Below, one piece after another: positions 1-13,116 of a stretch of 64,000 nt of DNA. The notes under the pieces were generated by a model. The model was not told where the DNA came from. It searched no databases and worked only from the letters and a program-made list of their open reading frames with translations. The position numbers and the translations under genes are program-made. This DNA comes from Gammaproteobacteria bacterium. Its GTDB lineage: Bacteria; Pseudomonadota; Gammaproteobacteria; S012-40. Every line of letters begins with the position of its first letter. The stretch's first letter is position 1. The stretch covers positions 22,053 to 86,052 of the forward strand of contig CAKKRP010000043.1 of NCBI GenBank assembly GCA_919902765.1. The letters run 5' to 3'.

Positions 1-93
1 TACCGTAATATGTTTAATAGTAAAAACGATGTGATGGTGATGGAACCTGATTCGGAATTTTTTAAATATTTCAAAAATTCCGGCGGCAAATAA
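1..93 (+). CDS. hflC: HflC FtsH modulator, 3' end only
   Basis: Frame 1 reads YRNMFNSKNDVMVMEPDSEFFKYFKNSGGK*, resembling the HflC C-terminus (DVMVMxPDSxFF); hflC-DUF2065-hisZ-purA synteny. Confidence 0.85.
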   Translation, partial: YRNMFNSKNDVMVMEPDSEFFKYFKNSGGK

Positions 94-269
94 GCATACA
101 CGTCATATTAAGAATAAATGTTGGGGTTAGGCGATTAAAATGTAGGTAACGGATGGGGATGCGGTTTAATAATCGCCCTTTAATTTGACTGAATTGCTGC
201 GGTCGGCTATAGGCGGGTTATTCTTTAGAGTCCGCCTTGTGGACGCGCGGATTTTGCGGGGAAGATAAA

Positions 270-455
270 ATGTGGCGTGATCTGTGGGTGGCTTCTGCCC
301 TGATGTTGGTATTAGAGGGTATAATACCGTTTTTAAATCCAGGCAGTACGCGCCAAGCGCTGCTCATGGTTGCAGAAATGGATGATAAGGTGTTACGTAT
401 CGTCGGTTTTGCATGCATGGTGGTCGGCGCGATATTATTGTACATGTTTCAATAG
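270..455 (+). CDS. DUF2065 (YjeT-like) small membrane protein
   Basis: MWRDLWVASALMLVLEGIIPFLNP...LRIVG; position between hflC and hisZ; ATG at 270 preferred. Confidence 0.85.
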   Translation: MWRDLWVASALMLVLEGIIPFLNPGSTRQALLMVAEMDDKVLRIVGFACMVVGAILLYMFQ

Positions 456-470
456 TAGGGCCACACCGGC

Positions 471-2955
<2,485 letters not shown>

Positions 2956-3090
2956 TTTTGGAGCGCGGTGACGTGATTTTCCGCTATGCGCATGGCCCCA
3001 TATGCGATGTGAGTTCGCCACAATCTATTATAGTAGTAGCAAGGCGAGAAAATGGCCATTTCCTCGTCGTGTTCGCGCAGTGAACATTTC

Positions 3091-4560
3091 TCACCTACGC
3101 CTGCGTGGTGTCGATCCCCCAAGCAATGACCCTAGCACCCCACGTACAATCTGGCGTCCGATTTGACTGCCGATAGCACGCGCCGCCCCTTTGGCGAAGG
3201 TTTCAAACAGCCCACTCGCCGCCGAACGCGGTGCTGATGATGTGCGGCGTGCCGGCGTATCGTCCGCAGTTGCCGGTGTGCCGGATTCAGCCCGTTTCTG
3301 CAGGGCCTCATAGGCCGATGCTCTATCGATCGGTTTTTCATAGTGTCCATACACGGCCGAGGTTTTAATCAGCGCGGTGCGTTCCGCTGTCGTCAGCGGT
3401 GCCAACCGGCTGCGCGGCGGGTAGATCCACGCACGCTCAACGACACTGGGTGTGCCTTTTTCATCTAGCAGCGATACCAGGGCCTCGCCTACGCCTAGTT
3501 CGGTGATCGCGTCGCGGATATTTAATTTCGGATTGGCGCGAAAGGTTTCGGCCGCAGCACGCACGGCCTTTTGATCTTTGGGGGTAAATGCGCGCAAGGC
3601 GTGTTGTACGCGATTACCTAGTTGGCCTAAAACCGCTGCGGGGATATCGAGGGGATTTTGCGTGACAAAATAGATGCCTACGCCCTTAGAGCGTATCAAG
3701 CGCACCACTTGCTCGATCTTTTCCAGCAAGGCCTTGGGTGCATCGGAAAACAGTAAATGCGCCTCGTCGAAAAAGAACACCAATTTGGGTTTTTCGAGAT
3801 CGCCTGCTTCGGGCAATATTTCAAAAAGTTCCGACAACATCCACAACAAAAAGGTCGCGTATAATTTCGGCGATTGCATTAATTTATCGGCGGCCAGCAA
3901 ATTAATAATGCCATGTCCGTGTTCATTGGTTTGGATTAAATCGTCAAGATTCAACGCCGGCTCGCCAAAGAATACATCGCCGCCTTGTTCATCGAGCGCC
4001 ACCAAACCGCGCTGGATCGCACCGATGCTGGCGGTCGAGATATTGCCGAATTCAGTTTTAAATTCTGCGGCGTGTTCACCCACGTATTGCACCATGGCGC
4101 GTAAATCTTTCATATCCAGTAACAACAGGCCATGATCATCGGCGATTTTAAATACCAGCGACAACACGCTTGCTTGGGTCTCGTTGAGATCCAGGAGTCG
4201 TGCAAGCAGCAACGGGCCCATTTCGGACACAGTGGTGCGTACCGGGTGTCCTTGGGTGCCGAACACATCCCAAAACGCGACCGGGGCCGCGCCATAGGAA
4301 AAATCCTCGATCGCTAATTCGCTAATGCGTTGTGCAATTTTTGGAGAGGCCATGCCCGCCTTGGCGAGCCCAGACAGGTCGCCCTTGGCATCGGCCATGA
4401 AGACCGGTACTCCGGCGGCGCTAAAGGCCTCCGCAAGCACCCGCAAGGTGACTGTCTTGCCGGTGCCGGTCGCGCCAGCAATCAGGCCATGGCGATTGGC
4501 CATCGCGGGCACAATGCCTAAGATATTGTTTGATATAGCAAAAATATAAGGATTACTCAT
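3091..4560 (-). CDS. DUF853 / YjgR-like HerA-family ATPase
   Basis: [40 protein letters not shown]. Confidence 0.9.
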   Translation of the reverse strand: MSNPYIFAISNNILGIVPAMANRHGLIAGATGTGKTVTLRVLAEAFSAAGVPVFMADAKGDLSGLAKAGMASPKIAQRISELAIEDFSYGAAPVAFWDVFGTQGHPVRTTVSEMGPLLLARLLDLNETQASVLSLVFKIADDHGLLLLDMKDLRAMVQYVGEHAAEFKTEFGNISTASIGAIQRGLVALDEQGGDVFFGEPALNLDDLIQTNEHGHGIINLLAADKLMQSPKLYATFLLWMLSELFEILPEAGDLEKPKLVFFFDEAHLLFSDAPKALLEKIEQVVRLIRSKGVGIYFVTQNPLDIPAAVLGQLGNRVQHALRAFTPKDQKAVRAAAETFRANPKLNIRDAITELGVGEALVSLLDEKGTPSVVERAWIYPPRSRLAPLTTAERTALIKTSAVYGHYEKPIDRASAYEALQKRAESGTPATADDTPARRTSSAPRSAASGLFETFAKGAARAIGSQIGRQIVRGVLGSLLGGSTPRRRR

Positions 4561-4828
4561 GATGAATACTCTTTGTTAAATCTTGGTTCTAGGCTTGGCG
4601 GCACTATAATAGATTACTGCGCCATCGACAACCGATCGTTAAGGCGTTAAAAATAAATAATAATATCTCATTAAAAACAATGCTTTAATTGCTGCCGGGC
4701 GATTTAAGACTCACCAAAGCAACCTGTAGTAGGCTTGCGACAGGTTAATAGGTAGTTTAAGATGTTAAGCTTAAGTTTCATTGGGCAATTCTAATTGTTA
4801 TTTGGTTATTCTAACCTGAGGGGGAACT

Positions 4829-5278
4829 ATGCGTAATACTATGTTGCGTTTGGCGTTAGCGGCGATCATTGCGGCTCCTATGTCGGTCGCCATGGCAGGT
4901 GGCAAGGTACATAAATTGTTGTTGCAGATTAATGATAATGATGAAGCGCGTATGCAGTTGGTGCTTAACAATGCATCCAATGTCATGAAAGTGTATCAAG
5001 ACAAGGGCGAAGAAGTGCATATCGATATCGTCGCCTATGGCCCAGGTTTAAACTTTTTGCGCGAGGACAAAGCGTCCGATGAAATTAAAACACGCATTAA
5101 GAGCATGAAACAGAGTTATGATACCGTGTCGTTTATTGCCTGTGGCAATACCAAAACGAACATGGAAAAGAAGGAAGGCAAAGAGGTTAAGCTGATTGAA
5201 CAAGCCAAGCTGGTTACCGCCGGTGTGGTGCATATCATGGAACACGAAGAGGCTGGCTGGAGCTATGTACGTCCGTAA
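4829..5278 (+). CDS. Exported DsrE-family protein
   Basis: Signal peptide; IVAYGPGL, FIACGNT and GWSYVRP motifs. Confidence 0.8.
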   Translation: MRNTMLRLALAAIIAAPMSVAMAGGKVHKLLLQINDNDEARMQLVLNNASNVMKVYQDKGEEVHIDIVAYGPGLNFLREDKASDEIKTRIKSMKQSYDTVSFIACGNTKTNMEKKEGKEVKLIEQAKLVTAGVVHIMEHEEAGWSYVRP

Positions 5279-5343
5279 GGCTTGATCCGGTTTCGTTACA
5301 CTGTATTCTAATGTAGCAGTGCTTCCGGAACGTGTAAGCAAAG

Positions 5344-5386
5344 ACGGGGGGGCCTTATCGCGTTGCGGTAAGGCCTTTCCGTTTTT
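5344..5386 (+). terminator. Rho-independent terminator
   Basis: GGCCTTATCGC-GTT-GCGGTAAGGCC stem (with G-U pairing), outer ACGG/CCGT, followed by a T-tract; downstream of the DsrE gene. Confidence 0.65.
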
Positions 5387-5402
5387 AGTGTAGAGGGATA
5401 GA

Positions 5403-6077
5403 GTGAATATAGCGCAATATCTTGCCCAAAAAATGCTCAAAACGCGTATGATAACGCCTGCCGAGGCCTTGCCAGGGCGCGCGCAACCTGCGTTTATGCT
5501 CGCTAAAACCCATGCGGTATTTTCTGATCGCACATTGTTACCGCCTTATCCAAAAAAGCTATCCTTGGCGATGTTTGGAATGGGGTGTTTTTGGGGTGCC
5601 GAAAAATGTTTTTGGAGCATAGACGGCGTTTATGTCACTGCGGTCGGTTATGCGGGCGGTTATACGCCTCATCCCACTTATGAAGAAGTTTGTAGCGGTT
5701 ACACGGGGCACAATGAAGTCGTGCGTGTGGTTTACGATCCACAGCAAATCAGATATCAGGCCTTGTTGAAAATATTTTGGGAGGCGCATAATCCAACACA
5801 AGGCATGCGCCAAGGCAATGATGTGGGTACGCAATATCGATCCGGTATTTATGCGTACACAGTAAAACAACGACAGGCCGCGCTCGCCAGTATGCGCGCG
5901 TTTCAAAAGGCCTTGTCTAAACAAGCGCTGGGGACTATTACCGCAGAAATTGTCGATGCGCCGGAATTTTATTTTGCGGAGCCATATCACCAGCAATATT
6001 TGGCGAAAAATCCTGATGGTTATTGCGGCCTAGGCGGGCTGAGTATAGAATTACCCGCACGCCGCCAAAAGCGTTAA
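5403..6077 (+). CDS. msrA: Peptide methionine sulfoxide reductase A
   Basis: GCFWG, GTQYRS and AEPYHQQY motifs. Confidence 0.96.
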   Translation: MNIAQYLAQKMLKTRMITPAEALPGRAQPAFMLAKTHAVFSDRTLLPPYPKKLSLAMFGMGCFWGAEKCFWSIDGVYVTAVGYAGGYTPHPTYEEVCSGYTGHNEVVRVVYDPQQIRYQALLKIFWEAHNPTQGMRQGNDVGTQYRSGIYAYTVKQRQAALASMRAFQKALSKQALGTITAEIVDAPEFYFAEPYHQQYLAKNPDGYCGLGGLSIELPARRQKR

Positions 6078-6080
6078 TCC

Positions 6081-8618
6081 GTGAATACATCCCTTCCTAT
6101 TGCGGCGATACTACCTGAGATCGTCGATGCACTCAATGTTCAAACCAATTTAGTTATTCAAGCGCCGCCCGGCGCGGGCAAGACCACCGCTGTACCGTTG
6201 GCGCTGTTGGATGCAGCGTGGGCGAAATCGCAACGCATAATCATGTTGGAACCGAGGCGGCTAGCGGCGCGCGCGGCGGCTGCACGCATGGCGGATTTGC
6301 TTGGGGAGCAGGCTGGTGAAACCGTCGGATACAGGGTGCGCTTAGACAAAAAAATCGGCGCACGCACGCGCATTGAAGTGGTCACGGAAGGCATTTTAAC
6401 GCGCATGTTGCAGGAAGACCCGGCCTTGGATGGGGTAGCGGTAGTGATTTTTGACGAGTTTCACGAGCGCCATTTGCATTCGGACTTGGGCCTCGCGCTG
6501 TGTCTCGATGTACAAGCCAATCTGCGCGAAAATTTACGACTGATTGTGATGTCGGCGACCCTGGATGCGCAACCCGTCGCCGCGTTGCTGCACGACGCAC
6601 CCATCATTACCAGCGTCGGGAAATCCTATGCGGTGGATATTCGATATTGCGATCCGGGTGCGCCGAATATGTTGGACAGCGCCACCGCCAATACCATACG
6701 TACGGCACTACGTGAAGCGGCGGGCGATATTTTGGTATTTTTACCGGGCGTGCGGGAAATACAACGCGTGGAATCTCTAGTGCGCAATTTCCCGGAAACC
6801 GCTGCGTTGCATATTGCATGCTTGTACGGCGACCTCAATAAGCAACAACAAGATCAAGCCATAGTCCCATCACGCGATGGCAAACGCAAGGTCGTGTTGG
6901 CCACCAATATCGCGGAAAGCAGTTTAACTATTGAAGGCGTGACGGTGGTCATAGACAGCGGTTTAATGCGCAAACTTGAGTTCGATCCTAACAGCGCGAT
7001 GTCGCGCTTAGCGACGACGCGTATCTCGCAGGCCTCCGCAACGCAACGCGCAGGGCGCGCCGGGCGTTTAGGTCCGGGGGTATGTTATCGGCTGTGGTCG
7101 CAAGAGGCGCAACAACGTTTGTTGCCGTTTAATATACCTGAAATACAAGATCAAGACCTTGCGCCATTGGTCTTGGAATTGGCGCAGTGGGGCGTGCAAG
7201 ACGCAAATCGCTTGCGGTGGATCAATGTGCCGCCTGCGGCGAATTTAGCGCAAGCACGTGATCTATTGGTGCAATTGCAGGCGCTAAATGATCACGGCCA
7301 AATCACCGCTCATGGGCGAGACATGCATCGTTTAGGATATCACCCGCGTTTGGCGCATATGATGTTGCGCGGCAAGGAATTGGGCGTCGGATATCTTGCC
7401 TGTGAAGTCGCGGCGCTATTAAACGAGCGCGACATTATTCGCGGTAAAACGGTGCAAAAAGACAGCGATATTGGTACTCGTTTGAGCCTATGGCGCTCCA
7501 TTATTGGGGCGCGTGGAGGTGTCGCCACGTCTGATCAAAATGTCGATAAAGCGCTGTGTTTTCAGCTAAAAGAGCAAGCGGAGTTGTGGGCTAGACAGTT
7601 GGGAGTGGTGCGTAGACAAGACGACCTTTCGCATGTCGGCAAGTTGGCGGCGTTGGCATACCCTGATCGAGTTGCGCAGCGCCGTGGCGGTTCGGACGCG
7701 CGCTACCTATTAGCCAATGGGCGCGGCGCAGGGTTTGCTGTTGCAGAATCCCTGTCCAGCGAAAAATTGATCGTCATTGCGCAATTGGACGCCGGTCAGC
7801 GCGAGGCGCGTATTTTTCTCGCGGCGAGCTTAGATGAAGACACCGTGTTTTCCGTGTTTGGAGACCTCATCACGCGCCATGACCTTGTTGAATGGAATGA
7901 TAGAACACAGTCGGTGCAGGCGCGGCGGGTATGGCGCTATGGCGCTATTACATTGCGTGAACAACAACTATTAGACATACCTCAGGAATTGCGCACGCAC
8001 GCCTTGTTTCAAGGGATAATCAACAAAGGGATTGGGAGCCTTCCGTGGACGGATCGTTTGCGTGAGTGGCAGGCGCGCGTATTATTATTACAGCGTATCA
8101 ATTACGCGTTGCCAGAAGAACCCGCAGCGTGGCCGGAGGTTAGCGATGGTGCGTTGGTGTTGCAAATACAACAATGGTTAGGCCCGTATTTAAACGATAA
8201 AAAACAACTCTCGGATATTAATGAACAGTGTTTAACACAGGCGCTTGCGAGCCTATTAACGTGGCGGCAACAACAGGCCTTGGATGTATTGACGCCTACG
8301 CATTTGACGGTCGCCAGTGGTTCGCACGTGCGATTGGATTATCGCACGCAAGACAAACCCGTGTTAGCAGTGCGGCTGCAAGAATTATTCGGTGAACGTA
8401 CAACCCCCAGCGTTGCCAATGGACGGGTTCCCGTAATCCTGCATTTGTTATCGCCGGGTATGCGCATTGCCCAGATTACTGAAGATTTGGCGGGTTTTTG
8501 GGCCAATTCATATGCGGACGTAAAAAAAGACCTTAAAGCGCGTTATCCCAAGCATTTATGGCCAGATGATCCCCTCAACGCACTACCCACGGCGCGCGCT
8601 CGACCGCGTAAGCCATAA
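6081..8618 (+). CDS. hrpB: ATP-dependent RNA helicase HrpB
   Basis: APPGAGKTT, DEFHER, MSAT, QRAGRAGR; C-terminal RYPKHLWPDDP. Confidence 0.95.
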   Translation: MNTSLPIAAILPEIVDALNVQTNLVIQAPPGAGKTTAVPLALLDAAWAKSQRIIMLEPRRLAARAAAARMADLLGEQAGETVGYRVRLDKKIGARTRIEVVTEGILTRMLQEDPALDGVAVVIFDEFHERHLHSDLGLALCLDVQANLRENLRLIVMSATLDAQPVAALLHDAPIITSVGKSYAVDIRYCDPGAPNMLDSATANTIRTALREAAGDILVFLPGVREIQRVESLVRNFPETAALHIACLYGDLNKQQQDQAIVPSRDGKRKVVLATNIAESSLTIEGVTVVIDSGLMRKLEFDPNSAMSRLATTRISQASATQRAGRAGRLGPGVCYRLWSQEAQQRLLPFNIPEIQDQDLAPLVLELAQWGVQDANRLRWINVPPAANLAQARDLLVQLQALNDHGQITAHGRDMHRLGYHPRLAHMMLRGKELGVGYLACEVAALLNERDIIRGKTVQKDSDIGTRLSLWRSIIGARGGVATSDQNVDKALCFQLKEQAELWARQLGVVRRQDDLSHVGKLAALAYPDRVAQRRGGSDARYLLANGRGAGFAVAESLSSEKLIVIAQLDAGQREARIFLAASLDEDTVFSVFGDLITRHDLVEWNDRTQSVQARRVWRYGAITLREQQLLDIPQELRTHALFQGIINKGIGSLPWTDRLREWQARVLLLQRINYALPEEPAAWPEVSDGALVLQIQQWLGPYLNDKKQLSDINEQCLTQALASLLTWRQQQALDVLTPTHLTVASGSHVRLDYRTQDKPVLAVRLQELFGERTTPSVANGRVPVILHLLSPGMRIAQITEDLAGFWANSYADVKKDLKARYPKHLWPDDPLNALPTARARPRKP

Positions 8619-8714
8619 TATTCCACGACGCAGCGCGTGGTGCCGTCGCTGGTCTAGGAATTGCTTACTTATAAAATCAATCTGCTAACGCGTAAGCTCG
8701 CAGCCGGGTACTCC

Positions 8715-9737
8715 ATGCGCCAAACATATTGCATCATAAGCCGCCCGATTGCGCTCCTCGTCGGCATAATAGGGTCTGCCAACGCGCTGTGCGCAGAAAC
8801 CTCCGTATATGGAAAAATTCACCTGTCAGTCGATGGCGTAAGCACCGGCTACGGTAAGCATACGGCGTTGAGTAGCAATTCATCGCGTATCGGGTTTAAA
8901 GGATCGGAGCCGCTTGCCGATTGGGTGGTCGCGATATGGCGCTTAGAAAGCGACATCGACGTAAGCGGTGAGCGCGGCTATCTGCGTGCGCGCAACCGCT
9001 ATGCGGGCTTGGCGAGCAAGGCAGGTAGCCTGACGGGCGGCGTCCATGATACGCCGTGGAAGCTGGTAGAACAAAAATTCGATATTTATGGCGATACGCT
9101 TTTTGATGCGCGCTCGCTGCTAGGTTCTAGCGGAGCGGTGTTCATTGATACCGGTGCGAAAAACAGCGTGTTATATAAATCGCCGCTATTGAGCGGTGTT
9201 CAATTAAATTTATTGTATTCTTTCGGTGAAGAAAAACGCATTGATGGCAGCGATGTGACAAGTTTGACGAGCGCTTCTTGGACTCTAAAAACGGAAATGT
9301 TAAACCTTGCCATCGCCTATGAAAATCAAGACCGATATCACACCGAACAATGGCGTGCCGCAGGCTCGTTTAAATTCGCCATGTTCCGCGCCAATGCCAT
9401 TTACGAACGACTGAGTTCTACCTTGTATTCATCGCTGACGCGTGAGGCCGTCGGCGGAAATTTCACCGTCGCGTTACCCGCAGGTTTTAGCGTGCATGCG
9501 CAAAGTGTAGGTGTTTTCAATGCGGCGGCGACGATGTTTGTTGCGGCGATGGCTGGTAGCGGCATCAGCTACAATTTTGCGAAATCCGGCCAAGTCTATG
9601 TGTTAGGGGGGCTGCTAAAAAATGCCGCTACATCGGGTTTTACATTTGCGAACGGCGGCCACGGTGAACAGTATAGTCTATTCGCCGCCGGTCACAGTGC
9701 ATATGCCGTCTCCACAGGTATGATAGTTAAATTTTAG
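8715..9737 (+). CDS. Gram-negative porin
   Basis: Signal peptide, SVYGKIHLSVD, SNSSRIGFKGSE, C-terminal Phe. Confidence 0.85.
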   Translation: MRQTYCIISRPIALLVGIIGSANALCAETSVYGKIHLSVDGVSTGYGKHTALSSNSSRIGFKGSEPLADWVVAIWRLESDIDVSGERGYLRARNRYAGLASKAGSLTGGVHDTPWKLVEQKFDIYGDTLFDARSLLGSSGAVFIDTGAKNSVLYKSPLLSGVQLNLLYSFGEEKRIDGSDVTSLTSASWTLKTEMLNLAIAYENQDRYHTEQWRAAGSFKFAMFRANAIYERLSSTLYSSLTREAVGGNFTVALPAGFSVHAQSVGVFNAAATMFVAAMAGSGISYNFAKSGQVYVLGGLLKNAATSGFTFANGGHGEQYSLFAAGHSAYAVSTGMIVKF

Positions 9738-11788
9738 CTCTGGTTTGCCAGCTTCGACCATCCTGCATCCGGTTTAAAGCTGTCGCCATAGCGCGTTTGC
9801 AAGTCATGCAAACGCGTTGCATAGGTATTGGTGCCGTTGTCTTTGACGTATTGCATAGGGCCGCCGCGAAACGGCGCAAAACCGGTACCGAAAATCACCC
9901 CTGCATCCAATAAATCCGCATCGGTCACTACGCCTTCGCGTAGACAAGCAACCGCCTCGTTGATCATGCGCCCGATCAGACGATCCGTCACATCTTTAGA
10001 GACCTTGCCGCTTGCGCTGCCGCCGCCTGTGGGTTTGCCATCGCCGGAATAGGCATAAAATCCATGTCCGGTTTTGACGCCCAATTCGCCGCGTGCGACT
10101 TTTTCGCGCAGCACATTGGGTACTTTTACATTCAGTTGTTTAGACAGTATTTCCGCCACCGATAAACAAATATCCAAGCCCACGGTATCCGCAAGGTGTA
10201 GCGGCCCCATCGGCATGCCGAAATATAATGCTGAATTGTCTATCAATTGTTGGCTCACGCCTTCCGTATACAACTCGACCGCCTCAAGCAAATAAGGCAT
10301 TAATACGCGATTGACGAGGAACCCAGGGCCACTCTTTACAGGCAAGGGCAGTTTATCAATTTGTTTCGCAAAGGCCGCGACGCGTTGCGCGCATATAGGA
10401 TCGGTGCGCGGCGTCGTCACGATTTCAATCAAAGGCATTTGCGCCACGGGATTGAAAAAATGCAATCCAACCAGGCGTTCAGGCTTTTTCAGCGCCTGCG
10501 AAAGTATTTCCAATGGAATGCTAGAGGTGTTGGTCGTCAATAGCGCGGTCGGCTTCATGCGCGGTTCCAGGCTGCGATAAAGACCTTGTTTCGCCTCTAC
10601 GTTTTCGATAATCGCCTCGACGATAATATCCGCGCGTTCCACACCGTAGCCGCCGATATCGGGGATCAACCGATCCATGGCCGCCTGGACCAATAGGCGG
10701 TCTTTCAAGCGCTTATCGAACAGTTTGTAGGCGCGTTGTAACACCTTGGCCAAGACCTCGGGCTTGCGATCTTGCAACGTCACCTGCAGCCCTTGCAATG
10801 CGCACCACACGGCGATATCGCCGCCCATGACGCCTGCGCCCACGACATGCACATTAAATATTTTATTTTCGGACGCCGGTAATTTACCTAATTCTTTCAG
10901 GTGGTCGCGTAAGAAAAACACGCGTACTAAATTGCGCGCCGTGGAATCCGTCACTAAACGCGCCACGGATTTGCCTTCTTCCTGCATCATGGCGCGCGGA
11001 TTTCCCGCATATTTGCGCCACAAATCTATCAGCGCATGCGGAGACGGGTAATGCTCGCGCATGGCCTTCTGGGAGGTTTTTTTGCGCATAATGCGCGCGA
11101 GAAACGGGCGTACTAGCGCGCTATTGGTAAATTTAACGCTAGATTTGACGGGTTTGCGCACCATGCGTTCCATAATGGCTGAGCGTGCGGCATTTTTTAA
11201 ATGCCGCGTAGGCACTGAGAAATCCACTATGCCCATTTTCCACGCCGTTTTGGCGTTGACGGTTCTGCCGGTGAGCATTAAATCCATCGCCGATGGCGCG
11301 CCGATGAGCTGTGTCAGGCGCACCGTACCGCCAAAACCGGGGTGTATGCCGAGTTGCACTTCGGGTAGGCCCAGCTTGGTTTTAGCGCCGTCATCGGCGA
11401 CGCGAAAGGTACAGCCTAACGCGAGCTCTAAACCGCCACCCAGGCAAAAGCCGTTGATCATCGCGACACTGGTAAAGGGCAGTGTCGCGATGCGATCAAT
11501 AGTGTTTTGGCCGAGCTGAATAAAACTCAGGGCCTCGTCGTAGTTTTTTACTTTGGTAAATTCATTGATATCCGCACCTGCGATAAATCCGTTGGATTTT
11601 CCCGAAAGAAAAATAACACCGGCCGGTAGCGGCTTAGTGAGCATTTCATCGAGTACGCCATTGAGCTCTTTCAATACATCTATGGACAATGAATTCGCGT
11701 TGGAATCGGCCTTGTCAAAATATACCCACACGATGCCTTGTTCGTCACGCTCGACACGCCAGTGCTTATATGCCTTTTTACCTTTCAT
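9734..11788 (-). CDS. fadJ: Fatty acid oxidation complex alpha subunit (enoyl-CoA hydratase/3-hydroxyacyl-CoA dehydrogenase)
   Basis: FIAGADI, GGGLELAL, GAGVMG, GLHFFNP motifs. Confidence 0.9.
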   Translation of the reverse strand: MKGKKAYKHWRVERDEQGIVWVYFDKADSNANSLSIDVLKELNGVLDEMLTKPLPAGVIFLSGKSNGFIAGADINEFTKVKNYDEALSFIQLGQNTIDRIATLPFTSVAMINGFCLGGGLELALGCTFRVADDGAKTKLGLPEVQLGIHPGFGGTVRLTQLIGAPSAMDLMLTGRTVNAKTAWKMGIVDFSVPTRHLKNAARSAIMERMVRKPVKSSVKFTNSALVRPFLARIMRKKTSQKAMREHYPSPHALIDLWRKYAGNPRAMMQEEGKSVARLVTDSTARNLVRVFFLRDHLKELGKLPASENKIFNVHVVGAGVMGGDIAVWCALQGLQVTLQDRKPEVLAKVLQRAYKLFDKRLKDRLLVQAAMDRLIPDIGGYGVERADIIVEAIIENVEAKQGLYRSLEPRMKPTALLTTNTSSIPLEILSQALKKPERLVGLHFFNPVAQMPLIEIVTTPRTDPICAQRVAAFAKQIDKLPLPVKSGPGFLVNRVLMPYLLEAVELYTEGVSQQLIDNSALYFGMPMGPLHLADTVGLDICLSVAEILSKQLNVKVPNVLREKVARGELGVKTGHGFYAYSGDGKPTGGGSASGKVSKDVTDRLIGRMINEAVACLREGVVTDADLLDAGVIFGTGFAPFRGGPMQYVKDNGTNTYATRLHDLQTRYGDSFKPDAGWSKLANQS

Positions 11789-13107
11789 GGCGTAACTCCT
11801 GATACACGTTCAACTAACATGGCGCCGCCTTGGCCGCCGCCGATACACAAACTTGCTATCCCGCGCTTCGCTTCAGCGCGTTGCAACACTTTCAACATGT
11901 GTAGCACGATGCGCGCGCCGCTCGCGCCTACCGGGTGTCCGATACTCACGCCACCGCCATCGACATTCAATCGAGAGCGATCCAATTCGCCTAACGCGCC
12001 GTCCAAGCCCAATTCATTACGACAATATTCATCGCTTTTCCAGGCCTCTATGCAGGCTAATACTTGCCCCGCGAAGGCCTCGTTGACCTCCCAATAATCT
12101 ATGTCTTTTAACTTTAATCCTTGGCGTTGTAAAATAGGCGCCATCGCATGTGCCGGGCCTAAGCCCATTTGCGCGGGATCGACACCCGCCCAGTGCGCAT
12201 CTATAATGCGGCCTATCACCGGCAGATCGAATTTTTTAACCGCCTCTTCACTCGCCAATATCAGCATGGCCGCGCCATCGGTCACCTGTGCGCTATTACC
12301 GGCCGTAACGCTGCCGAACCCGCGATCAAAAACCGGTTTTAATTTCGCCAACTGCACGAGGTCCGTTTCGCGGCGTAAACCGTCGTCTTGGTTATACGAA
12401 TTGCCACGGTAGTCATACATCACTTCAATTTCATCTAAATATTTTTGATCTTGCGCGTAGGCGAGGCGACGATGGCTCTCAAGCGCGAATTCATCCATCT
12501 GCGTGCGCGAAATATTGAATCGATAGGCGAGATTTTCAGCGGTTTGCCCCATATTTAAGCCCACGATAGGATCGGTCAAACCGCGTATTAAGCCGATGAT
12601 GGGTTTGAGGTGCTTGCCACGCAGTTTTATCAGCGCGCCAATCTTTTGCCCGAGGGTTTTGGCGCGGCTGAAATCCGCCAGCCATTCCACCATGGTATTG
12701 TTATAGAGCACTGGCGCATGGCTCATCGATTCCACGCCACCGGCCAAGATGAGGTTAGAGCGACCCGAGGCGATGTTTTCGGCGGCGCAATCCAAGGCTT
12801 GCAAACCGGATGCGCAATTGCGTTGTACCGTCCACGCGGGCACATGTTCTTTGCATCCCAAGCGCAAGGCGATAACGCGCGCGATATTGGCCTCATCCGG
12901 GCCGGGCATGACGCAGCCGACGATGACTTCATCGAGATCGCTGGCTAAAAAACGTTGGCGCACCATCAAGGGTCGCCCCGCAGAAACGGCAAGATTTGCC
13001 GCCGTAAACGGCCCGGGCTTTCCTTTAGACTTCAGGAACGGCGTGCGCGCGCCATCGACAACGTATACCGCACGGGCAAATCGACTGGTATTTTTACGTA
13101 CACTCAT
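11785..13107 (-). CDS. fadI: Acetyl-CoA C-acyltransferase (thiolase)
   Basis: RTPF, NCASG, NEAFA, GHPVGASG, CIGGGQG. Confidence 0.9.
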   Translation of the reverse strand: MSVRKNTSRFARAVYVVDGARTPFLKSKGKPGPFTAANLAVSAGRPLMVRQRFLASDLDEVIVGCVMPGPDEANIARVIALRLGCKEHVPAWTVQRNCASGLQALDCAAENIASGRSNLILAGGVESMSHAPVLYNNTMVEWLADFSRAKTLGQKIGALIKLRGKHLKPIIGLIRGLTDPIVGLNMGQTAENLAYRFNISRTQMDEFALESHRRLAYAQDQKYLDEIEVMYDYRGNSYNQDDGLRRETDLVQLAKLKPVFDRGFGSVTAGNSAQVTDGAAMLILASEEAVKKFDLPVIGRIIDAHWAGVDPAQMGLGPAHAMAPILQRQGLKLKDIDYWEVNEAFAGQVLACIEAWKSDEYCRNELGLDGALGELDRSRLNVDGGGVSIGHPVGASGARIVLHMLKVLQRAEAKRGIASLCIGGGQGGAMLVERVSGVTP

Positions 13108-13116
13108 ATAAATTCC